A DNA stretch of 16,619 nt from Octopus sinensis (GCF_006345805.1 NW_021826109.1:1-16619); one strand, 5' to 3'; numbered from the stretch's first letter, positions 1 through 8,772 are shown. Numbers and translations: made by a program. The notes: generated from the sequence alone by a model not told the origin.

Positions 1-163
1 ACCACATACATATGTATACATATATACGACAGGCTTCTTTCAGTTTCCGTCTACCAAATCCACTCACAAGGCTTTGGTTGGCCTGAGGCTATAGTAGAGG
101 ACACTTGCCCAAGGTGCCATGCAGTGGGACTGAACCCAGAACCATGTGGTTGGTAGGCAAGCT
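1..163 (-). mobile_element. tRNA-derived SINE, family A (5' half; runs off the window edge)
   Basis: Minus-strand Pol III B-box GGTTCAGTCCC (126-136) and CORE-SINE-like CCTTGGGCAAGT (103-114). Nearly collinear with 8160-8300, another copy in this window. Confidence 0.9.
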
Positions 164-426
164 GGTGGTTTTTTTTTTTTTTTCCGTGGCAGTGATTTCT
201 TCTTGTGGTTGTCTCGTCAGGAAGCTCGGGTGGCGATGTTAGCAGTGTTGGCGACGCGCGAGGATAAGCAAAAAATTAATAAATAAATTAATTAATAAAA
301 TAAATCCATAACATTCGACCAAAGTAGGATCAACGTGACATAAAAACTAAATAAATAAATAAAAACCTGCAATAACCGTTTACTAAATGAATAATCCTTA
401 ATACAGCAATAACCGAGCCACAACTG

Positions 427-525
427 ATGCTGCTGGTGTAGCTGCTGCTGCTGCTGCTTACCTCCTCCTCCTCCTACTACTACTACTACTACTACCACTA
501 CACTACTACTACTACTACTACTACC

Positions 526-557
<32 letters not shown>

Positions 558-787
558 CACCACCACAACCACCACTATCACCCCCACTACTACTACTGCT
601 GCTACTACTACTACTACTACTACTGCTACTACTACTACTACTACTATTACTGCTACCACCACCACCACCACTACTACTACCACTACTACTACTACACTAC
701 TACACTACTACTACCACCACCACCACCACAACTACTACCACCACCACCTCCACCACCACCACCTCCACCACCACTATCACCTCCCAT

Positions 788-825
<38 letters not shown>
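427..825. repeat. Compound trinucleotide microsatellite (TGC)n-(CCT)n-(TAC/CAC)n
   Basis: Directly visible. Explains the poly-V/G ORFs at 292-952. Confidence 0.97.
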
Positions 826-827
<2 letters not shown>

Positions 828-946
828 GTTACCGTCGAGGCGGCGTTATTGTCGTTTAAATACACCAACACATGACGTATGAATGGGAGAGATCTGCATG
901 TATTATGTTTGTATGCCTTTGTGTGTGTGTAAATATTTATATAAGC

Positions 947-1150
947 TCTCAACTGCGGTCGCCTAAAACAGTGTCAGGTTTTTTTTTTAACTGCGGAACT
1001 CGATGCAGTTCCTTCGCGGTGGTGCTTCGTCGAGAAGATTGCATCAACGAAATTGAAGCAGTTGAGGTATTTGGGAGAGACTGAAAGAATAATTACGACT
1101 CTACTCCTTTGAGCGAAGACGGGAGAGATATGTGCAGGGATGTATATATA
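947..1150 (+). mobile_element. Degraded CR1-like LINE ORF2 C-terminal fragment
   Basis: Frameshifted translation SQLRSPK..TAELDAV..KIAS..QLRY/WERLKE*LRLYSFERRRERY. The LRLYS.ERRRE.Y part matches 15561-15600 in DNA and protein, and this motif is typical of the region after the RT in CR1-group LINEs. Confidence 0.75.
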
Positions 1151-1230
1151 TAGATAGATGGATAGATAGATAGATAGATAGATAGATGATAGATAGATAC
1201 CTACATACATACATACATACACATACATAA

Positions 1231-1265
<35 letters not shown>

Positions 1266-1357
1266 TAATATATATATTATATATATATATATTATATATA
1301 ATATATATATATAACTACATACATACATATTATATCTATATATAATATATATATCAT

Positions 1358-1402
<45 letters not shown>
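1141..1402. repeat. (TAGA)n-(TACA)n-(TA)n microsatellite
   Basis: Directly visible. Confidence 0.97.
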
Positions 1403-1896
1403 AGCATAATTAAATCTCAGAATGAGATTGAAACAGTAATCGCTCGATAATGTAAAGTATAGAAGCCATCTTATCATGGCTAACCACATGGGGAAGGGAG
1501 TGTTACTGTAGCTTTATAGCCCCAAGAGATCTTCGTCTCTAGCTGGCTTTAGACACAATATCAGTGTCCTTGGAGTATTTGCAAAGGGAGGCCATCCCTT
1601 CCTCGCAAGCCTGAGTGATACGCTCGAACTAGTTTCGGGATTGTTGTCCCTCGTCAACGGGCGGTAACCACCAGGTCGCGATGAAAGTGAAGGCCTCTTT
1701 GCAAACATATATAAGTTTTTCTAATGGCGTCTGCCACTGATGTCGAAAAACGAACAGTAAGCATGTGGTTAGCCGTGATAAGACGGCTTCTGTACTTTAC
1801 ATTATCGAACGATTACTGTTTCAATCTCATTCTGAGATTTAATTATGCTTACTGTTCGTTTTTCGACATCAGTGGCAGACGCCATTAGAAAAACTT
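1403..1896 (-). mobile_element. Hammerhead-containing non-autonomous retroelement (Penelope pseudo-LTR or retrozyme-like): 357-nt unit plus 135-nt inverted copy
   Basis: 1403-1490 is the inverse of 1762-1849 (84/88). 1713-1764 is the inverse of 1845-1896 (52/52). Hammerhead motif at 1621-1663(-). No ORF of note. Confidence 0.7.
1621..1663 (-). ncRNA. Minimal type I hammerhead ribozyme, partly degenerate
   Basis: Minus strand CGCCCG-TTGACGA-GGGA-CAACAA-TCCC-GAAA-C-TA-G-TT-CGAGCG. Stem I has 5/6 pairs, stem II has 4 bp, and stem III lies in the palindrome AACTAGTT. C3 is U and the cleavage triplet is GUU. Confidence 0.75.
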
Positions 1897-2029
1897 CCGT
1901 AAACGGTGGCTTTTTAACGAGTGGAGAGCTGAACCATCCTAGGGTACAGAGGATTCGCAATCTAGACTAGGGTCTGAAAGTTTTACCACACCATAGTTGG
2001 TTACACCATGGTTCCTCTGCTTTGTGGTA

Positions 2030-2210
2030 GAAGTCGGAAGAAAGAGCGAGAGAAAGTTGTGGTGAAAGAGTACAGCGGAATTCACCACCCTCCCCCCGCC
2101 GGAGCCTCGTGAAGCTTAGATTTTTTGCTCAATAAACACTCTGGGAATCGAAACCGCGTTCTTACGACAACGAGTCCGCTGCCCTAACCACTGGACCATT
2201 GAGCCCCCAC
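2030..2210 (-). mobile_element. tRNA-derived SINE, family C (head plus central body)
   Basis: Minus-strand A-box TGGTCCAGTGG (2188-2198) and B-box GGTTTCGATTCCC (2143-2155) in a tRNA-like head. The body (gaggctccggc...actctttcaccacaactttct) is homologous to 16351-16410. Confidence 0.9.
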
Positions 2211-2340
2211 TGGTGCTGTTGCTGCTTATATTAGTGTTCTCGATGCTAAAATACCTCATTATTGCTACCATTGTCATTATTGTTGCTGTTGCTGTTATTG
2301 TTGCTGCTCGTTTTGTTGTTGTTTTGTTGCTGTTTTCGTG
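2211..2340. repeat. Degenerate (TTG/TGC)n low-complexity tract
   Basis: Directly visible. Confidence 0.8.
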
Positions 2341-2573
2341 TGTTTTCTAATGAAGGTAGTTGTGGAATGAGTTCTTCTTCCTGCTTTTACCCCGCTTAAT
2401 CTGTAGACGTTACTGACGCCTTAATTCCAGCAGAGAAAAACAAAAAAGAAAACAGCAAATAAAAAATTACAAAACTTGTGCCCTTTTGGGGCAAAATAAC
2501 GACAGTCCTCTTCACCAAGTAAAATAGGGGTCCTTTTGCAAATATTTAACAAGAATTTAAAGCAGTAAACAAT

Positions 2574-2981
2574 ATGTCTGCGATAAAATTGAACAAAGTA
2601 GTAGAAAATAAAGCTATCACCGTTCTTTGGGACTTTAGTATTGAAATTGATCGTGAAATACAGGCTAACAGACCAGACATTGTGGTAAAATACATCGTTA
2701 ACAAAATAGGCCTGCTCATAGAAATGAGAATCCCAGCAGACCTCAACACTTCTGTAAAAACAATTGAAAAGTTAAATATAAGGATATTGAAATAGAAGTC
2801 TCAAAAAGTTGGCACCTAAGACCCACAAATGTACCTGTGATCTTCGGAGCTTTGAGAGACAATACCAAAAGTTTCCCTTAAACACTACAGCTAGATACTA
2901 GGAAACGCCAAGGCATCAGGACTACAACAAATTGTTCTCATGGATACTGTCTACATCCTAAGAAAAGCTTCGTCAGATTGA
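2574..2981 (+). mobile_element. Degraded R4/Dong-type LINE: restriction-like endonuclease (RLE) C-terminus
   Basis: KVVENKAITVLWDFSIEIDREIQANRPDIVVK..LLIEMRIPAD, then after a frameshift KYKDIEIEVSKSWHL..VPVIFGAL and LQQIVLMDTVYILRK. PD-(D/E)xK RLE pattern, homologous to 14200-14593. Confidence 0.9.
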
Positions 2982-3232
2982 AAATATCCGATTCTTAAAG
3001 CTCTTTAAAAACTGAAATATTACAAATTTAACTGAATCTTAATTCTCAGATTCTGGTTTCCTTTACATATAATATATCATTGCTAATCATAAATAAAGAA
3101 CGCAGTAAAACGTCCGACTTGCTGTTACTTGCGGTCTCTTGGTGAGACTTGGAACAGCTCATATAAGACAAAGCAACAATAACGTAAATAATAAGATTTC
3201 TTTTATTTTCCGCAGGGGAATCAAATATTGGT

Positions 3233-3270
<38 letters not shown>

Positions 3271-3710
3271 CGATAATAGTATAAAGAAGAAGAAGAAGAG
3301 GAGGAAGAAGAAGAGGAAGGAGAAGACGAAGAAGAAGTGGATGAAGAAGAAGAAGAAGAAGAAGAAGAAGACGAAGAAGAGAAGAGAAGAAGAAGAAGAA
3401 GGAGAAGACGAAGAAGAAGAAGGAGAAGACGAAGAAGAAGATGAAGAAGAAGATGAAGAAGAAGAATGAGAAGGAGGAGAGGAGGGGAGAAGAAGAAGAA
3501 GAAGGAAGAAGAGGAGGAGGAGGAGGAGGAGAGGAGGAAGATTAGAAGGGAAGGAAGCAGAAGAATATGGAAGGGGCAGAAAGAATGAAATTGAAGAAGG
3601 AAGCAGTGGAGGAGAAAAAGAGGCAAGAGAAGAAAAAGTAGTAGTAGTAGTAGTAGAGTAGTAGTAGTAGTAGTAGCAGTGGTAGTAGCAGCAGCAGCAG
3701 CAGCAGCAAA
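3233..3710. repeat. Compound (CAA)n / purine-rich (GAA,GAG)n / (GTA)n / (GCA)n microsatellite
   Basis: Directly visible. The Glu reading frame is closed by TAA/TAG just upstream. Confidence 0.95.
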
Positions 3711-3879
3711 AGGAAGGTATTCAGAGTGCAACGAATTTCATTTCATATTATATTCTTTATTATTTATATTCATATTGTATTGTTTTGTATTCAATTTTGA
3801 AAACTACTTATCACTAACGTTGAATAAAATCTCATTTCCTGTTTTTTTTATTAAATTTGTTATCTTTCTATCTCTTTAT

Positions 3880-3914
3880 TTTATTGTTATATTTTATTAT
3901 TATTATTATCATCA

Positions 3915-3965
<51 letters not shown>

Positions 3966-4070
3966 TATTATCATTATTATCATCATCATCCTATTATTAT
4001 ATTTTATTATTATTATTATTATTATATTTATTATTGTTATTTTATTGTTATTATTATTATTATTATTTTC
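3880..4070. repeat. (ATT)n microsatellite
   Basis: Directly visible. Confidence 0.97.
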
Positions 4071-4254
4071 ATTTCTGCTAGATATTCCACAACGGTAACT
4101 TTGAATTGACGAAGCCAAGAAGAAACAACAACAGCAAAAGGAAATAAAATGATAAAAAAAAGGAAGAAAATTATTGTAGTCGAGTAAAATTTCTTGTATT
4201 CGAAACCTAAATTGCTCCTGGAAGATATTAGGAATAAAGAAAATGAAGAAAATA

Positions 4255-4440
4255 GATGATGATGATGATGATGAGAAAGAATAAGAATTAGAAGTAGTAT
4301 AGTAGTAGTAGTAGTAGTAGTAGAAGAAGAAGAAGAAGAAGAAGAAGAAGAAGAAGAAGAAGAAGAAGAAGAAGAAGAAGAGAAGAAAAGAAGAGAAGAA
4401 GAAGAAGAAGAAGAAGAAGAAGAAGAAGAAGAAGAAGAAA
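4255..4440. repeat. (GAT)n-(GTA)n-(GAA)n microsatellite
   Basis: Directly visible. Confidence 0.97.
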
Positions 4441-4559
4441 ATCTGAGGAGGGGAGACAGACCGAAACGGCAGAACTCACTTCTCACCATACAACATGTGA
4501 TTTACAAATTTTGCTACTAATATATTTTGGTTGGGTGAAAAAAAAACGAAGAAATAATA

Positions 4560-4602
4560 AATATTAATATATATATACGATATACGGTGGTGGGTGTGTG
4601 TG

Positions 4603-4640
<38 letters not shown>

Positions 4641-4700
4641 TGTGGTATGTGTGTGTGTGTGTATGTGTGTGTGTGTGTGTGTTGTTGAGTGTGTGTGTGT
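4560..4700. repeat. (TA)n/(GT)n microsatellite
   Basis: Directly visible. Confidence 0.97.
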
Positions 4701-5392
4701 AGATAGAAAATATCGTGTACATTAAGACACATCAAGAGGCTTCCAAATAGGAAAGCCTTGTGCTAGAAAGAGCAGTAGAAAATTCAAACCACTAATTAAG
4801 GATAAATTCTCGAAAGGAATGAAAATTAAAAACGTTTACAATCTCATTTATTTCCTAGACCATGGTTTCTAACTATTTCCAGCAAACAAATATTCGCTGA
4901 GGCCAGTTTTCATCAGTAGGAAAGCCTTTGGATTTCAAATATACACATAGCCAGATCCACATGTAATACAGATGCAGATTATTTCCAGCGACAGAGAGGA
5001 TGCCGGTAAAATTTCGAACAAGTTTATCAAAGAATATTTAAACATAATAAATAACAATAGGGTAATAAGAATTATTGAAATTATTATTACAAAACGAATT
5101 AGTCATTAGACTATATATTATTCATATAGAATTTATATATATATATATATATAAATTAGAGAAAAACCACTATTATGCAAACCGAGTGTTTTCTGTACAC
5201 CTAGGGCAGAGAAGCTCATTGTATGCATTCCCAGATTACACACGCAAATTCACAGGTAAAATATGTATTTAAGAAATAAATAAATAAATAAATTCATGAA
5301 TGGATGTTGTTTTCACAGCGATAATGCTCTTCTCTGTACATGAGCCGTTCCAGTTAACACGATTTTTGCACTTCTTGCAGGTATCATTTTCA

Positions 5393-5823
5393 AATAGGTA
5401 TCAGTACCTTTTTTTTTATATCATTCCTAGAGATCCTACAATCACTGGTACTGTAGCCGCCTTGAGATGCCACATTATTATTATTATTTTTTTTTTTTTT
5501 TTACAGAATCCCCCATTTTCGAGTACAGAGATTTCTGATTCTACAAAAAAGAAACGGCATTTAAAAATATTATTTTCTCCCCCCCACCCCGCCCCAATTC
5601 TTCAATTTTCAGAATTTTTTTTTTTTTTGCGAAATACGTTGATTATGATTGTAGAAAAAAAATTCTGAAAATCACAGCACCCGTGATTGTAGGATCTCTA
5701 GGAATGATTAAAAAATGGTACTGAAACCTATTGGGGGGTGGTGTGGAGAAATTAAAATTTTAAAATGCCGTTTCTTTTTTGCAGAATCAGAATCTCCGTA
5801 CTCGAAAATGGGGGATTCTGTAA
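5393..5823. mobile_element. Foldback / MITE-like element with long inverted repeats
   Basis: 5501-5598 is the inverse of 5730-5823 (about 90 nt, few mismatches). 5421-5445 is the perfect inverse of 5683-5707. 5605-5622 is the inverse of 5655-5672. Confidence 0.75.
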
Positions 5824-5900
5824 TAAATAATAAATAAATAAATAAATACATTAATAACGAAAGGGGATGCGGTCCACATTCTTTACGTCCGCCCAGCATC

Positions 5901-5980
5901 TATATGCCAAGTTCACTCATAAAGGAATTGGTCAGCCCGGAGCTATAGCAGAAGGCACTTGCCCATGGTACCGTGCAGAA
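5901..5980 (-). mobile_element. Old SINE family A fragment
   Basis: ccaagttcactcataaaggaattggtcagcccggagctatagcagaaggcacttgcccatggtacc aligns to 55-120 and 8188-8252. Confidence 0.75.
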
Positions 5981-6110
5981 CTCGCTTTGTAACCTTACAG
6001 TCATGCCTGCACCTAGCGTATTTAATTTGAAAACTGAATGTTTCTAGCTAGTTTGATGCTTCAATCACACAAAAGCTCTCATTTATATAGAAATGTATCT
6101 AAACTTAACA

Positions 6111-6705
6111 AGGCGGTGAACTAACTAGCTAACTAGTACACCAGACGAAATGCTTGGCGGTATTTCGTCTGCCGTTACGTTCTGAGTTCAAATTCCGCCG
6201 AGCTCGACTTTGCCTTTCATCCTTTCGGGGGTCGATTAAATAAGTACCAGTTACACACTGGGGTCGTTATAATTGACTTAATCCGTTTGTCTGTCCTTGT
6301 TTGTCCTCTCTGTGTTTAGCCCCATGTGGGTAGTAAAGAAATAGATATTTCGTCTGCCGCTACGTTCTGAGTTCAAATTCCGCCGAGGTCGACTTTGCCT
6401 TTCATCCTTTCGGGGGTCGATTAAATAAGTACCAGTTACACACTGGGGTCGTTATAATTGACTTAATCCGTTTGTCTGTCCTTGTTTGTCCCCTCAGTGT
6501 TTAGCCCCTTTTGGATAGTAAAGAAATAAGTATTTCATCCGTCTTTACGTTCTGAGTTCAAATTCATTCGTGGTCGACTTTAACTTTCATCCTTTCGGGG
6601 TCGATAAAATAAAGTACCAGTCAAGCACTGGGATGGATGTCATCGGTTAGCCCCTTCCACTAAATTTCAGACCTTGTGCCTATAGTAGAAAGAATTATTA
6701 TTATT
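6111..6705 (+). mobile_element. SINE family B, trimer (head + monomer1 + monomer1 + monomer2 + ATT tail)
   Basis: Units start at 6161, 6346 and 6531 (185-nt period). Each has the B-box GAGTTCAAATT. 10-bp head hairpin CAGACGAAAT/ATTTCGTCTG at 6142-6171. Confidence 0.92.
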
Positions 6706-6837
6706 GGTGAGCTGGCAGAAGCGTGAGCACGCCTAGCAGCTTGCTTAGCGGCATTTTGTCCGTCTTTATGTTCTGAGTTCAAATTCCTTCGTGGTCGACT
6801 TTGACTTTCATCCTTTCGGAATCGATAAAATAAGTAA
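6706..6837 (+). mobile_element. SINE family B, 3'-truncated copy
   Basis: Head ggtgagctggcagaagcg, B-box gagttcaaattcc, and body matching 6161-6245. Confidence 0.88.
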
Positions 6838-6843
6838 AAGTTT

Positions 6844-7120
6844 AGACAGTGTAACGTGACAACTTGCTGGGTTGCCTGCTAGAGCCTAGCAGCAGGTATT
6901 TAAAGGGAAATTTGACAAGACAGGTAGTCGCCCGCTGACACTCGTTGACGCTACATCGAAGAGGCCAGGGAACAGAAAAAAGAAGGAAGACAAGTACCAG
7001 AGCTGAAGACACCTTCGAAAGGGGGGACCCCGCCACGTCAAAACAGTAGAGGAGTAGGGACCGAAACCGGATGTGGTTCCTCCTGATGATGTCTTGAGCT
7101 AACCGAATCCTATAAAGGAG
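6844..7120 (+). mobile_element. Possible degraded Penelope-type pseudo-LTR
   Basis: GC-richer island with TATTTAAA (about 6897), CTGATGA (7083-7089) and three degenerate hammerhead 3'-half-like motifs. Confidence 0.35.
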
Positions 7121-7204
7121 CTGTTGTGGTAGCAGACCACGAAACCTGGTTGAAATTCCTCAGTAACAGTTGGGTACTGGGTCGATGTAATATATTAAAT
7201 CCTT

Positions 7205-7455
7205 TCGCCAACATTCTATCCTTACCATTTGTCAAGAGGTGTTTGGAGGACGACAAACACAGGCATAACCACACACACATATACATCTCCATACACATAT
7301 ACACGATAGGCCTCCATACAGTTTCCTCCCACCAAGTTTACATTATTCGGCCAAGGATTATTGAAATAACACATGCCCAAGTTGCCACACACATACTGGG
7401 ACTAAACCCTAAACCATGTCATTGCAAAACGAGCTTCTTAACAACACACTCATAT
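7205..7455 (-). mobile_element. Old, diverged SINE family A copy
   Basis: Collinear similarity to 8000-8310 (ggacaaacac, CA tract, cagtttcc, cacatgcccaagttgccac, gggactaaacc, gagcttcttaacaacac). Confidence 0.7.
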
Positions 7456-7513
7456 CTGAACATTTATTTGATAATTCTAACGTTTCAACTTCAGTAAATC
7501 CAGTGATGTCTAA

Positions 7514-7558
7514 AACTCACTGATGAGGTCATAATATAACCGAAACACGCTCGGAGTT
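7514..7558 (+). ncRNA. Minimal type I hammerhead motif (core intact, stem III imperfect) in a probable Penelope pseudo-LTR
   Basis: AACTCA-CTGATGA-GGT-CATAATATA-ACC-GAAA-CACGC-TC-GGAGTT. AATAAA follows about 15 nt downstream. Confidence 0.65.
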
Positions 7559-7880
7559 GTCTCTCGTATTGAATAAAATAGTTAATAGTAAACATTGAGT
7601 AATTTCGGTATTATTTTCATCTCGCCAGTTCCTAGTTAATATTTTAATATTCTCTGCATTAAATATGTCATCACTAGCTTCATTACGACTCGACCCAGAC
7701 TCTCTCCCCAGGAGTGCCTCTGAAACTAAATATTGAGAATATAAAAGGAAAATGCGATTAAGATTGATATCATTTGTAATGGGACGAAATTCCATTTGAC
7801 TTAGATATTATTTTCCTTGCGGATGTTGTCTTTGAAATATTTTAATTCCTGTAAACGATTCTATTTTCTTATATGTCCTA

Positions 7881-8323
7881 TTTTATCTTTTACTTGTCTT
7901 GACACTGTGGCCACGCTGGAGCACCACCTTTAAGAATTCTTAGCCGAAGCAATTGACCTCCAGTACAGTTATTTCTTTTAAAGCTTGGTACTCATTCTAT
8001 CGGTCTGTCTTACCGAACCGCTAAGCTATTGGGATGTAAACACACCAAAACCGGTTGTCAGGCGGTGGTGGTGGGGGACAAACACAAACATAAAGATACA
8101 CATACACACACACACGCACACACACAAACACACACACACTCTCTCTCACACGCACATACACGACAGACTTCTTTCAGTTTCCGTCCGCCAAATCCACTCA
8201 CAAGGCTTTGGTCGGCCGGAGGCTATAGTAGAAGACACTTGCCGAAGGTACCACGTAGTGTGACTGTACCCGAACCATGTAGTTGGAAATCAAACTTCTT
8301 ACCACACAGCTGCGTCTGTGCCT
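7881..8323 (-). mobile_element. SINE family A, full length
   Basis: tRNA-like head at the right end, CORE-like box, internal CA microsatellite, and 3' tail ggtggtgctccagcgtggccacag...gtaaaagataaaa. Matches 1-163. Confidence 0.92.
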
Positions 8324-8494
8324 CTAAAAAAAATATGGAATCTTGTGCATTTGGTTCTTGATTCTTATATCAATACATCGAGCAGTTCAGTAAAAGCTAC
8401 GCTTCGCTGATGAAACCAAAAATAGTCTGAAACTTAGCCGAGATAATTTCTGTAATGGTTACTGTACACAGCCTTATAACAGAAGATATTTCGG

Positions 8495-8685
8495 AGACGC
8501 GGGTATAGCTGTGCGGGTATAGCTGCGGTCAAGAAGCTCGTTTTGAAACGATGAGGTTTCAGGTTTAGTCCCACTGTGCGGCCCCTTAAGCAAGTGTCTT
8601 CTATTATGGCCTCGGATTGACTAGTGCCTTGTGAACAGGTTTATTCGCGGAAACTGTGTTGAAGACCGACGTGAATAAATATATG
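8495..8685 (+). mobile_element. SINE family A, diverged 5' half
   Basis: ggtttagtcccactg (B-box remnant), ccttaagcaagtgtcttctattatggcctcgg and cggaaactgtg. Local duplication of gcgggtatagctg at 8499/8513. Confidence 0.8.
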
Positions 8686-8772
8686 TCCTAATATTAGGCC
8701 ATTTTCTATTGTTAATATACGGTGAAAACTTATAATTATATCTAGAATACATACGTATGTATATATAATATA

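Noticed and set aside
190-224. Minus-strand CTGACGA...GAAA hammerhead-like motif
   Set aside because: No stem II pairing (GAC versus GAA) and no credible stem III or cleavage triplet.
292-952. Poly-V/G/Q ORFs
   Set aside because: Translations of a trinucleotide microsatellite.
2143-2210. tRNA gene
   Set aside because: A and B boxes are present but no complete cloverleaf; it continues into a SINE body.
4443-4475. CTGAGGA-GG...CC-GAAAC motif
   Set aside because: Only 2-bp stem II, no NUH triplet and no stem I.
3159-4489. Long poly-L/S/Y/I ORFs and a tempting poly-Glu tract on the plus strand
   Set aside because: Microsatellites. The Glu frame is closed by stops just upstream and shifts frame internally.
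5362-5386. Acceptor directly followed by GT (ttgcAG/GTATCA), like a recursive splice site
   Set aside because: The donor is far from consensus and no host gene or strand is known.
6111-6837. Regular repeats that might suggest a CRISPR-like array
   Set aside because: 185-nt whole-unit SINE repeats with no unique spacers, in a eukaryotic context.
8403-8442. CTGATGA-AAC...GTCT-GAAAC hammerhead-like motif
   Set aside because: Stem II is mispaired and U16.1 is missing. At best a heavily decayed remnant.
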